A stretch of 60,171 nt of DNA, counting the filler, from Bipalium vagum (Eukaryota): the NCBI GenBank assembly GCA_037834085.1. It is 3 parts of 3 records of this genome, joined end to end, with 100 filler letters (N's around TTAATTAATTAA, not from the genome) between each part and the next. Parts side by side here need not be neighbours in the genome. Positions count along the whole stretch, not along the records: positions 1 to 26,231 come from JBBMKC010155818.1; positions 26,332 to 43,364 come from JBBMKC010081363.1; 1 more part is not named here. One strand, 5' to 3'. The notes beneath the pieces are model-generated. The model saw nothing but the letters and a program-made list of their open reading frames with translations, had not been told where the DNA came from and made no database searches. This document shows, one piece after another, positions 12,901-26,504 of the stretch. Each line of letters begins with the position of its first letter. The first letter of the stretch is position 1. The position numbers and the translations under genes were made by a program.

Positions 12901-14315
12901 CAAATATCATATTAAAAAACAATAAAATATTTATGACCAGCTATGTTACAATTTGGATCGAAGGATTGTTTTACCATGTAACAATAAAAGAACAATTTAA
13001 AGTCGTTCATATGCATTGGTGTTTATTACAATAGAGTCATGCTTAATGTAACTGAGTAAAAATAAAATTGTGAGCTCACTTGGATTCTCGTTTTGTTAAT
13101 TGGAACCACACCTTTAACAAATCATCCAAACTGCCAAACTCTGAGTAAATAATTTTCTGTCAGTTCAATATAGGTAAATCATTTGGTGGAATTTTCAGTT
13201 GATTTATTTTATTGTTACAGTCAATCATTGATTTTCATTCATAATTGGAAAAGTAGAAACATGTTCATGGCGACAATAATCCTTTACATGTACATAATAT
13301 ATCAACAAGCAATCATTTAGATCAATATTTTCTTCAATAAGTCACTATATAACCTGAGTATAATTGAAAACATTACCATATATATATGAGTAAGTGTAGT
13401 AAATAAAAAACTATTATATAAGAAATTGATTATTTTGATAATGACACTTGTTGTATGATAGTGGGTGCTGATTCAATAGGAAAACTATATTTAACAATAT
13501 CAATTTTTCTCAAATCACAAAAAAAAACTTTGCAAAAATTCATTTTATCAGTAGAAACAAAATAAGGAATCGAAGGTTGAAACATGTAAATTAAGAAAAA
13601 AAATGATATAATTGGTAAAGAAAGCAAGCAAAAAATTTCTTCTGAATGGTAATTGAAAATATATTTATACATATTTATTAAAGAAAAAATCGCGTAGACT
13701 TCATTTTATTTATATTTATTTAATTCTAATTTTTCTCTCCAGAGATCAGTTAACATCCATTTACATGAAAATTTCTTCCTATCTATCTATATGGAAAAAT
13801 TTGATCATTCGACTTTGTCGATCATCGTAAATAATATCAATTATTCTTTTATATTTATATCAATAATAAAAAATATAAATTAATAAATTAATAATTTGAT
13901 AATATCATTTACATGTGTAATTAAAGAGTAAAGAATATATTTATAATATCAAAATATATTTTTGATTGGCTGTGAATAAAAATAAATTTCTTAAATGGGT
14001 TCAACAAATTTATGAAATTCTAATTAATTTAATTAGAAGAATACAATGATGCTGTTGATGTTTTAATTACCAGATCTTTAACATTGAAGTATCCTTTCAG
14101 TTCAATGAAGAAAAATAATTAAAATATAAAAGTCCCTCATCAGTGTTTAAATCGAAATATATTCTTAATGTAGCATACAAGAATCTTTGTTACCCAGTAA
14201 AACTGGTATTTCCTATAATTTAAGAAACATTATCTCAGAAAATAATAGTCTGTTAGGCTTAGTTCCAGATTTTTTTGGGAACAAGCATCAAATATATTTT
14301 TAATGAAATAAATCA

Positions 14316-15865
14316 CAATGGAGTTCGGATAATCCAGATCATCGGGGACCGTAGGTTTTGCTCCGGATTACCTGTTATCAGGATTAACGGAATCATGATA
14401 ACACACAGATTGAACAATGACCAAATAGTTATTGAAAATATATTTAATAAAATTTTAAATTCTTTGAAAATATGGCGTAATTTTCATTTCCTTTGATGTT
14501 TTAATAATTTCATTTGTTATCTTCATCATTACAATTTTGTAAATATTCTTCATTAACATGTGCTCTAATTATGTAGAAATATTACAGTCTTAAATTCAGA
14601 AAAATATCATTTTTTCTTCAATATCATCACTTATTTTTACTCCACTAAGAACGAAAACGATTTCAGAGACAGTAACATCTGGAATTGTTAGAATATCAGA
14701 ATTGACATTTAAAAAATTTCTAATAAGTTTTAAATGTTATTTTAATTCTTCAAACGATTGTTTCAACATACTCCTCATGTGCATCTTGAATATACTATCG
14801 ATTTATTATCATGAATTAGCGTTTTGGTTGTTGAATTTTTCGACAAAGAATTTTCATCATTATGCTGTGAAGTTATCTGAGAATAAGCTTTACATAGATG
14901 TAGAATGAGTACGATCTTTCTTTACTGCTTTAACATTTGAGAATTCAGTTGTATCAAATATATAATAAATATTTCGACAGTAATCCACGTTTTATTTATT
15001 AAATTGATAATCAATATAGAATCTTGTAATTTTTTGAAAGCATCACACTTTTCTAAATTTTCCAACAACCAAAATTGAATGCTTTTCATTAGACATGCTT
15101 TCAGTAACCAGAGGTATGATTCTCTCTTTTGATTTCTTATCACCACGAATCTTTTCTTTCTTAAATGATGAAGTTTTATCAAGAGTAGGTAGCCAAAAAG
15201 CTCAAAAGTTTCCTCATATTTACGTAAAATAAAAAATAGTGTGTCGTATTTTTCCACGTATCTACAACTGCAGACATTATAGAGTAACTTTCTTCACATA
15301 AAATTTTGGATGTAATTAATCGATGAATCAAATTCATATCTATTTTTTCCTATTTCGCTTAATTCTTTGGCAAATATTTTCCCCCTTTTTTTTTAACAGT
15401 TTCCCATTTATACTTATATCTCGTTTAGAATTTTCCATTCCAGAAAACCATAGGTAAACGGCATTTTTCTTCAACTGTTATTGAGAATATTTGATTTTAT
15501 ATAAAGGACCAAATAAACCATCCCCCTGTAGGAAATGCTTAATGTTTACGCGATTTATTGCCATAGTTAAGATCCTTCAAACTCATTGGTTTCATATGAT
15601 ATTTTGAAGCAATGCTCTTATAATTTTTATAATTACATTTTTTTATAATGAAAAACAATACTTTCAACATATTGGATAATTTAATATTTACGTGTCAAAG
15701 ATATATTGTATTTCTCTGATAGTATGATAAATATCTTTTCAATTAATATATTAAAATATATTTAATATTTTACTTTCTAAACAACCTAATAATAAAATCC
15801 TGTGACAAATATCAGCTTTTGAAAATATGCGGATTAGGCAAATCCGAATTAGCCGGTCTCCACTT
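14316..15865 (-). mobile_element. Degenerate Tigger/pogo-like DNA transposon
   Basis: Imperfect TIRs CAATGGAGTTCGGATAATCCAGA and (rc) AAGTGGAGACCGGCTAATTCGGA, with GGATTA/TAATCC subterminal repeats. Minus strand shows a CENP-B-type HTH relic (KNAVYLWF..ISINGKLL..KIFAKEL). Confidence 0.75.
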
Positions 15866-18800
15866 TATAAAACAATATTGAAATAAAAATTAACAACGTA
15901 AACTTTTCGATCCTTATTCAGCTCAACCTTGAAGATCTTTATAAAAAAGCGATCAATTTTATATTTCCAATCTTTTTGTATGTCAACTAGTATAAAGAAA
16001 TTTATGGTATTTTTTAAGGATTTAATTTTTGATTTATGAAATTATGACCATTCCAATCTTGAAAAGGAAATCAAAAACGATTAACCAAACATATTCATGA
16101 AATTTGCACTCGCTTTATCCTGGGTCCTAGAAATGAGAGATATGAGCCTATTTCGAAAAAAGAACTAATCGTGAGAAACAATTGCTCAACAATAAGACAA
16201 ATTCATATTTATTACTTAGTAAACCCGCTACTAAATTCACCATAATTATTATTTACCATGAAACAGTGATGTCAGTTTGAAAAAAAGTTTCTAAAAAGAT
16301 AATAATAAATTCCTATTTTCCACCAATTACCATATCATCACAAATGACAGGAGGAAGCAAGTTAATGAGTCTTCAATTTTATATATTGATATTTTTTAGA
16401 AGCACAAAGAAAGATCCATTAAAAAATTAAATTTTAATTTTATTTGTAATAATTATTACTATTATTTAGATAATTGGCAGTAGAAAGAGACACTTCTCAA
16501 AATTCAATGTTAACACATGACTGTGGAAATTTCCTTTTAAAATGAAGCTAAAAAATCCAAACAAATATAAATTTCACAGTTGAAGTATTTATAAGCAATA
16601 CTCTGGAGTGAAAAACTTCTGTAATTAAATTTTCCATGAAATATAATTGAATTTCTAAAATTATAGAGAAAATCGGGAACAAAACGTTCAAATATAAAAA
16701 TTATGGTTGCAATGTTCCACATCTCTGAGTTTTAATAAAAACAAAATTAATTCGAGATCTATAAACATTTTTACTACTAAGTATTGATTTTTTAAAAAAT
16801 ATTATTATTACATCTAATTATTATATTGAGATTTAGATTAATCACATTAATTCCCGATCATTAATTCACTTTGATCAATTCTCATCAATAAAAATTTATA
16901 AAAAAAACCAATTTTTTACTAATTAAATAAAAATTGATAAATAATTTAAACATTAATAAAACAATTTTCGGTGGATAAATTGTTTTACCAGAACTGGGGG
17001 TAGCTCATTTTTACAGAAATAAAAAGTTAATTTTAATAATTTTTTCGAAAAAAATGTTTATGACATTCGATAAATTGAAATTAATCAAAATGTGTTTATT
17101 ATTTTATTAAAAATTATTGTCTGGACCCAGTCAATGAATCGTTTCAGTTAGATTTCAGTTTGTTTTCCACTGTAAAGGAATATTGAGATTCATTCATTAG
17201 ACAAAAATCAATGAAACCGTTTTGATAAGAATGATTTCATTTTCTAAAATATAAAAATAATTGGCCTACTTTCTTTTGATGATTAAAGACATTACGTCTC
17301 TAATAATGTTCTTACACAATAATTAGTGAATCCATTTAGCTTAATTGTTAAAAATTGTTGGAAATTAATTATTTAAAATATTTAATTTGATTGTATGGTC
17401 TCATTTTCAACGTAATGCAAACATTGTTCTGGCACGTATCTCATTGAAATGTGATGGAAATGTGATACCAAATTCATAAGGATAAAATTTCATAATTCGA
17501 TATTCTCTGCCGCGATGATTTGTATAATATTTCTTCTTTCGTTTCCAATTTTTTGAATTTATCAATTACCAAGATTTTATTATTTGACATTTTTAAAAGA
17601 AATTGTTTTTTATTTTACAAATTTTAAGAAATTGGATTATAATTCTTTGTCCAGTTAAGTGACAAAAGTTCATTGAAAGGTTACCATGAACATCATTGAC
17701 AAATCAGAACAGCATCATCTGTATTTTATATAGGTTTACTAATTTTGAAACTTATCCAACCGACCAAGCACCACTTTCTTTATATCAGGAAAAAACCATC
17801 CTACATTAAAAAAATATTGTTCCTTATTTCTATAACTTTGAAATCAATTTTAGATTAGGATAGGTAACTGGAACATCCTACACTGAAAATAATTTTTATG
17901 TTCTGTCAATTTTAATTGAAAAGGGTTGAAATTCAACAAAATAACAGTATTGTTTTAACACATTTCTTGGAATTAAATCAGCAAAAAACTTTAAAAGATA
18001 TACGCTTATGACAGATAAAACATCGGATTGATATTACAACTTTAACTACGTATAACTATAAAATACGAATACCAGATCAAACTTTTGCAGAGGCTCAATA
18101 AAATGTAACCCAAAAACAACAATTTTTATTTTTATTTAATTAATAATTACATTTTAACAACTGTAATAGCAACAATACTTAAGATCTATGTAGCTTTAAT
18201 AATTTGAAAACCAATTAGTTTTTTGCTCTTGTTCAATTTCAATATTATTGATGGAACTCTTTGAGGCATTGTGGAATTAAAGGTATCTTACTTTTTTTAT
18301 TATTTAGGATTTATGATGGCTTATTTTTAAAACCAATTCAAAAAAATGAAACTGAACTGCAACCATCCAAAATTGTTATCTCGTTGATATTTTGTTACAA
18401 GCGCATAAACATGTGCATGTGCCTCAATGTAATAAAAGAATAACAATAGTAAACTTTTAAAAATTTTTAGAATAAGACTGCAATAATAATAACCAAAAAA
18501 TATTCCTCCATTTATACTAAGAAGAGAATATAATTAATAATGCATAAACAAGGAATATCGCAAATGGATCAAATTAATTATATAAGAAATATTTCTAAAA
18601 ATATAAGCTAACAAAATAATCAAAACACTTATTTTAATTTATCAAATTAATTAAAAATCAATTTTAACATTTTCATTTTTTTCGTCGAAAAGATGAAAAA
18701 TAATATTTAATTTAATCAATAAATATAAAAAAATGTATAAATTCGTATATATCTTAATTAGAAATGAGACCTTAATTAATCCTTCTTTAATTTTATTGAA

Positions 18801-21582
18801 TTATATAAACAATAGAGTAGAATTGAAATTTAGGAACAATAAAGAAAAAAGAAATAAGAAAAAAACATTCGAGAAGAAATATATAATAACATTCAATTTT
18901 CAAAATTAATGTCTTAAAATACAATGGATTACGCGTAAAATTGAAAACAATTAACAAAATTAAATGAAAATAATTTAATAATTAGTTACATATTATAAGG
19001 AGATCAAATGTGGCTATTAAAATACACACGGTTATATATTTAATAATTATCAATTATTAATTAACAAGATAATTGATTTAAAAACAAGCTTGGTGGGATA
19101 ATTTTTATTATTCAAAATTAAGAGTCTAGATAAAGGAAACTATCTCATATTCTTAGCATCCAGATAATATCCGAAAAGCCTATACCGAGGTATAACAGAT
19201 TCAAGTTTAATATATACATAAAATGGTTACAAAACAGATGAACAGTTTTATAAGAAACTATTTTAATTATGTAAAACAAATGTTATTGATTTTCTTTAAG
19301 AATCACCGTTTCTTCTTATAGTAACGCAGTATATCAACTGTTACAAGAAAATATTCTAACTTTTTGATAATCATTATTATTTAGTTTGATTTTATTTGTA
19401 AATAGAAATAAGAAATGTTACATGGTTATCTATATACTTTCCAACGATTTATCACAAGTCTCTTAACTTTATTAAAAAAATATTAATATTATTAAAATAT
19501 ACCAGAAGAAAAGAATTTCGACTTTCATTATTTCCATTTAAGCATTCAATCCACTCATCAGGACTTAATATAATTATATTTGCCGAACTTTTCTAAGGAC
19601 ATTATTTATTTATGAACTCACCAATCAGATAATATATTTGACATTTAAACAAATAAATGTTATTTCGGATTAATTTTCGAATTGTATCTAAATAACGATA
19701 TAATGACCCACTTTAAATTTTCAGATCTCTTTCTTTATTTATAATAAAAAACCAAATTTTTCACTTTTAAGAATGGAAATTTTGAATATATGTGACGCAA
19801 GTTTATATTATTCTTCAATCACCACAAATTGAAAAAGAAATTAAATGCTAGAAAAATTATTTACAATAGCCGAGTAATGTACTGAATTTTCCCTGAAAAC
19901 TGAAACTTGTTTTTACATCACACTTAATTGTAAATAAATAATTAGGCAAAAAATCTTAGTTGTTGATGTGAAGCATTTTTGCAGGTCAGATAAAACAAAT
20001 GAAAAATCAAAAGGGGGGAACAACTTACATCATGCTGATATAGCCCTAATACCATCAGTGTAATTCAGAGAATATAATTCATTTGCATATGAAATTTTAT
20101 TTTGATATTTTTAATCTTAGAATTAAATATATTAATGTATTGATAAATTGATTGAGTCACTTTTGCTGACATTCAGTAAAAGATTAATTATAAAAAATTA
20201 TTATCAAAATTATCAAATATAATTTTTATAAATAACTAATCTTTTATTACAACAATGAAAGAAAAACAAAACCTCGATTATATTCAATGATAAAACACTT
20301 AAATAATACAAAAATCATTTAAAAATAAATAATAATTCTTTCCCAAATTTCTTTTAAAATTATCATCAAAATTTCATTGTCAAATTTTATAAACTGACTA
20401 ATAATGATGGACATTATATAAAACCCTACTTGATGTTTACTATAAAATTCCAATAAAAAATAATTTTAAAGTTTACTTTTCTTATAGACTTTCCTTTATT
20501 TTATTGATTTTTAATTACGATACTCCTGTTTACTATTGCCAGTGAGTTTCCTGTGTTTGTAAATTGTATTCAATGATATTCTCTATAATTCTTACATTGT
20601 TTACACCTAGAGCATTCATGAATGTTAAATAAATTCAGTTTATACTGTCGGTGATTCAATTGTCATTTTTCATAATGATGCTGTGACAAGCCGATGTTTC
20701 GTCTCACTGTGCCTTATGATTAAAATAAAATTGTAACGTTTATATTCTGGGAGCTGTGAATTAATGAAAAATATAAATATCCCATCATTCAAGCTTGCTG
20801 AATTTCATATTTTGACGGAACAAAATTTATTATCAGTAGTATGATAACAATAATTAATGACACTATCTAATTAACTTATTTAATAAATTAAAATTTTTAA
20901 AAATCATTATTATTATCGATTATATTTTTTTATTATTATTTATTTTATTATTATTATTATGGTGAAAACACACTAGAATTCTGTTGGGAAATAAATTGTC
21001 ATTTTTCCTATAGATATAAAATCAATTGTGTAGACAATATGACAGAACATCTGTCATTTGCAAATGTTTACATTTAAGCATAATAATTAAGTTGAAAAAT
21101 GTTGCCATTATAGTAACATCATTGTTCTTGAAGCGATATCAATTTTAATCAATTGCTATATGGAATTACGATTTCATGTCATTTTACCATTAAATAAATA
21201 AGCCCACTTCAATGCTGAATCAACACATGGTTTTCAAGATTTAAAGAGAAAAAATCAAAAACGTTACTGTCGATTAATAGAAAGACATTTAAACAAAAAA
21301 TTATTGTGTTTAATCTTAATGAACAAAACCATTGAGATTCAGTAAATTTTTAACAAAATTCAGGATTGAATATAATATAATTATTTAGGATATAAATAAA
21401 TTTGAATTTCCCTCCAATTATTATTTGTCTTTCTTATTATTTTCAACTATATTTTAAAAATTCTATTATCAGTCCAGGTGTGGCCGCCATGTTAATATCA
21501 ATCGGTTTGTAATCAGAATTAGAAGACATTTTTGAATATATTTTATTAAGTGATATAATAAATAATATTTAAAAAAATTTTC

Positions 21583-21705
21583 TCAGACCTGGAAATTCCT
21601 TTTTTTTTAATAAATTTAAAAATAATTGTATTTTTAAAATTTCATTCATACTTTTAAACAATTAAAATATTTAAAATAAATAATTAAAAAATTCGCCAGG
21701 TCTGA
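21583..21705. repeat. Short inverted repeat around an AT-rich core (MITE-like)
   Basis: TCAGACCTGG at 21583-21592 and CCAGGTCTGA at 21696-21705. Confidence 0.45.
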
Positions 21706-22307
21706 TTAGCCTCCTCATAACTACACTTCTTAAAAATGGTAATACATCAAATCAAAATTAAAAAAATAGAAAAGGTATTTAAAATGATTCTCCGTTGGAA
21801 AATTTGTATGATGTTTGTTGAATTAATAATAAATTTTAAAGTTCATTTTCTTTTTTAATATACTGTCATCCTTTCCGCCTTCACAAATATTAATATATAG
21901 AATAGAACGTCTAGTTGAGAACAATGCAGTGAAGAATATTTTTTTCTATAATTCTAAATATCTTTGATATTGAACTGTAAGTGAAAATAAAACGATATCC
22001 TTTGAACAAGTCAAAACTTCACACTAAAATTATTTTCCTAAATTCAAATGTTGGATATATTTTTATGTTATTATCTTAGGGGATATACTTATCCCTTGTC
22101 TAAGTATTTGATAACATTTTATTTAATTATAAATAAAGATTAAAATTTTTATTAGGAATATCTAAAAAATAAATTCTACAGAGTGTATTTAAAATTATGA
22201 AAAATATAGTTCGTAATATTTGTTAATTTTAATTAAAGAATTTTATTTAATAAAGAACCGATTTAAAAATACTCATATCCTCCATTTTGTTCCATTTATT
22301 ATTTTTA

Positions 22308-22310
<3 letters not shown>

Positions 22311-22374
<64 letters not shown>
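22311..22374. repeat. (ATT)n microsatellite
   Basis: Perfect TTA/ATT run; it explains the poly-Ile ORFs on both strands. Confidence 0.97.
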
Positions 22375-24495
22375 GAAAATTAAAACTGATTCAAAGAAGT
22401 TTAATAAAATTTTCAATTCAATTATTGTTAAAGTTAACGAAAATAAGAATAAAAATAATAACATCAGATTTCATAATTTTTTAGTCAATCAAAGACCCAC
22501 GTTTATGAATTTCAATAGAGAAAATGAATGATTTTTATTCATAAGAAATAAATGAATTTGATATAAAATCCATGTGTCATGGATTTTGAATAAAGACTGT
22601 CATAAATTTTTTGTTATCTGTCTAGATCTATAGAAATATATTGATCTTACAATTCATCGATTAATGGAAAATTAATAAGGCGAATAAGATTATCTTAAAT
22701 TATTTTTCACTTATTCCAATAGTCAAAGTGCTATTTAATTCATTATTTATTATTTAACTTTATTCGAAAATCAACTGTTTCATTGAAACAATGGTTGCAG
22801 GGATGGAAATGATATTTTCGATTAAATGTCCTTGATAATAATTTTATTCATTCATTTTTATCTCAAAAATAACACAATTAATCAATTTTCTCATTGCCAA
22901 AGATAAGGAAGAGCATGATGAATGGGTTTTTTGAAATTTGACTTTACTTAAAGCTAATCATATGCTTCCAAGGAACTCAGGGATTTTGAAAAATAATTCA
23001 TTTTTATCATTTTTCTTCGTTAATTTGAAATAAAACTATTTACAAAATTATTAAAAATAATAAATTATTTTTATCAAAGTTTTATATATTTTTAAAAAAT
23101 ATTAGAAAAATCAACATTAAATAACTAATAAACTAAAAAGGGATAGGGGGAGTCAGAAAAATATTAATATTTTCATTAAAATATTTTTAAAAAATATCTT
23201 TGAGCTTATTCTAAAAGTATTTTAATTTTTTAATAAATGTTTTAAAAATCTTTTTAAATTTTATATTTAGAAAAAAATTAATTTGATTATATTTTTCTTC
23301 GTGATTTTTAAAATCAAGAGGGTTCCTACTTCTTGTTTTTGATTTTTTTTGTTTTAATGCTTCAGTTAAAAAAACCCCAATGGAGTCAGATGCAACTAAT
23401 TCATTTTAAAAACAAATTACACAATTCTCTCTTATCTTATTTTAATAAAATATCAATCTTTTGCCTTTTTCTGAATTTGGTGAATGATTTAGTTGATTAA
23501 ATAGTTCTTGTGTCAGCAAAGCCTTATTGATATTAAAAATCATTTTATCAGAATTGAAATCACTTTTACAAAATATGTGCAATTTAAAAAAGTTAAAACA
23601 ATAGGAACAAATTATACCTGGTGTCAAGTATAAAAGATCTATTATAAAATAAAGACAGCTAAGAATAACTAAAAGTATTGGTTATAGTATTGTTTATTAT
23701 TCCAATGAGAATTAATAATCATTTAGTGCATAATAAATTATGATATTTAAATAATTTTGAAATCCATTAAGAATTTTTTTTCTAAAGACACAATTAATCC
23801 CATTATGTTGCTTAGCTTTGATCTCAATTTTCTATACTCTTGTCGATGACAAAATTTCCGATTTATAAAAATGTTTTCTCGTGTTTTTGTCCAATTAAAA
23901 GTTCAGTATTTTAATGTAAAAATATTATTTAAGATTTTTTTAGAGACCTGATTGAAAATTTAAGGAACTTGTTATACTCACTCCATTTGGCCTAATAACA
24001 ATGATTTATTATTAATTAAAAAATGATGAATAGAAAAGAACGTAATCCAGCTATTGTTGAATAAAATTCGACAAATATTAATGAGAAATCAGTAAAAATA
24101 TTTTCTGTAATAAAATATTTTCAAACTTAAAATCGTCAGCACCTTCCTTCTTCTATATGATAAATCTTACCATATTTAATGAAATTCTTAGTAAACAAAG
24201 AAATTGTCTGCATTTTAAATCTTCAAAAGGAATGCTATTAATAATAATCATTGGTTACTATGTACATGTTATTGATATTAATAGAAAAATAAAATAATAA
24301 GAGAAAAATTCACCTTTAATATTAAATTTATAAGTATTGAACTACCCCTATACAAAGTCTTAAAATATTTTGACATTTTTCATTAAAAATTCTTAAAATA
24401 AACAATGATTATGTTATATACTTAAGTTTACATTTATTTACACAGATTAAAGATAAATAAACCTTAATTTAATTTTTGTAAAAAATTATTTTGAT

Positions 24496-25076
24496 TTAAG
24501 TTGTCCGGAAATTTCGAGCGTTTTTTTACATTAATCTTTTTTTATTTTTATGTGTTTAAATAAAAGATAAATATATAATTTATATATGGATTAAAAGTTT
24601 AAATATTAGACATCTCAGATTTAAAATTTATTTTAATCGATAAAAAATATTTATTATAGGTGGCATGGATAATGAAGATGAACATATCCGCCGTGAAAGC
24701 AGCAACAAACACACATCAAGAGATATAATAAATCATGTTTAGTCACCCAAAAAATTATTGTAGCTTGGTTGGGATGTTTTGTCACATCCATGATATAGTA
24801 CTGATATTGCACCATCGGACTATCATTTATTTCGATCCTTGTAGAACTCCTTGAAACAATCACCACAGATTTCAGCATCAAGTTGCACTTGGACAGCTTT
24901 GTGGAACTAAAATCATAAGTAATTCCTCGAATGTGGAATTATGGCATTACCTGAAACATGGTGACAAATTACTGTATAGATTGATGCTTATATTTGTTAA
25001 TAAAAATAAATTTTCTGTAAAATATTCATCCTTAATTTTTAAAATATAAAATGAACGAACTTTAAGGAAAACTAAA
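24496..25076 (+). mobile_element. Internally deleted mariner element
   Basis: MDNEDEHIR start, then LGWDVLSHP*YSTDIAPSDYHLFRSL*NSL and ECGIMALPETW; degenerate TIRs TTAAGTTGTCCGGAAATTTCG and (rc) TTTAGTTTTCCTTAAAGTTCG. Confidence 0.9.
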
Positions 25077-26156
25077 TAAATGTATTTTATAATAACAAAT
25101 TATATAAATGTTCAAAATATCAAATGAATTTAAACAAATTTTCAATTTAATTAAAAATTTATTAATTTTTCATTAAATTCCGTAGAGAAATTTCTAAAAA
25201 TGGATAAAAAATAAAATATTTTCCAAAAATAAAATTCATCTCCTTAACCTTTTACCACTTCATATCACATTATTATCAATCCCATTTATGGTGGAATTAA
25301 TTTACTAAACTTAATAAAAAAACATTCATTTATCAAACTTAAAATAAATTATTTAGACTAAAATAATGAGTGGTACTCAAAAATTAATTAGTACACTTTC
25401 TACAAAGAATTCTAGAAAAGGAAATTGTTTACATTTTTTAATCAATAATAATTAATATTATTTAGTTAAGTTGTTCCTGTTACAGGCAAGCCCGATTGAG
25501 AAAACTGATGTCCTAAAAGAATGAAGACGAAAATACAGCTTAAAAAAATTAAGCGTTCGTCATTTATCTATTTTGACTAATTAATTGTATTGATGTCTAC
25601 AAATCTATCTTTTAATGAATCTGTTCAATTTTCATTTGCTCAGGGTTGAGGAATTATCAAATATATATTCTTATTGCAAGTTTTAGTTATGAAATGTGAT
25701 ATTTGTATTAAAAATCAATGTTCAATAGAAACAATTCTTAACAAAAATAATTCTAAACAGCTCAATTATAAAAGTTTAAAATTTACATTTGACAAAGTCT
25801 TTGAAAGATGACAAAGCCATAGAAAAATGGAATGGGGAAATCTTTTTTAAAAAGCCGTCAAAAATTCTACAGAACTGTGATAGTTTTGATTTTATTGTCA
25901 ATAAAAAAGCTACTGCATATAACAAGTCCAATGTATCACAACAAGCAACATGAATGTGTGATAGTGAAATTTTTAAGGATTCTTTGATTGTTTAAGTTAA
26001 AATTCGATTTAATAGACACATTACCAATTTGAACAAAGATAACCAGAGATAAGGCATTTCTCACAGTATTTTTAATATTTGGTAAATTTTAGAATAGTTT
26101 AAAATGTACAATTATGTAATATATACCATCCAGGCCCCCTTAAAGACAACAAACTA

Positions 26157-26231
26157 CAGTAGAACCTCTATATAAGGTACACCCAATATAAGGTACATAC
26201 GGTATATAAGGTACAATTTTAAGCAATTAGT
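26157..26231. mobile_element. One end of a Tigger/pogo-like element, cut by an assembly gap
   Basis: TA-CAGTAGAACCTC terminus followed by three copies of ATATAAGGTACA (subterminal repeats), then N. Confidence 0.7.
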
Positions 26232-26331
26232 NNNNNNNNNNNNNNNNNNNNNNNNNNNNNNNNNNNNNNNNNNNNTTAATTAATTAANNNNNNNNNNNNN
26301 NNNNNNNNNNNNNNNNNNNNNNNNNNNNNNN
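26232..26331. other. Artificial 100-bp scaffold gap spacer
   Basis: 44 N + TTAATTAATTAA + 44 N; the palindrome places a stop in all six frames. Confidence 0.97.
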
Positions 26332-26345
26332 AACTTTTCAAACTT

Positions 26346-26504
26346 GGACCTCACCTTTTATTAAAATTAAATTATTTACTTTTTTAAAATTAACCAACAT
26401 TTATTTAACATATTTATTTAAAAATTAAAAAAAAACATAACATTATAATTTTTAAAAACTTAAATTAAAAACCTTTATTAATGGTTAATATAGGGGTGAG
26501 GTCC
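26346..26504. repeat. Inverted repeat flanking an AT-rich spacer (MITE-like)
   Basis: GGACCTCACC at 26346-26355 and GGTGAGGTCC at 26495-26504. Confidence 0.45.

Noticed and set aside
3430-15865. Run of six minus-strand TE relics suggesting a uni-strand piRNA cluster
   Set aside because: Across the whole window orientations are roughly balanced and TE density is moderate
22220-22531. Poly-isoleucine ORFs on both strands
   Set aside because: Artefact of the (ATT)n microsatellite
22574-22595. TGTCATGGA miR-281-like seed
   Set aside because: It sits at the 3-nt loop of a short hairpin, which is incompatible with Drosha/Dicer geometry
26276-26287. TTAATTAATTAA palindrome between N runs (also 43409-43420)
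   Set aside because: An identical 44N+12+44N layout twice indicates a synthetic six-frame-stop scaffold spacer, not biology
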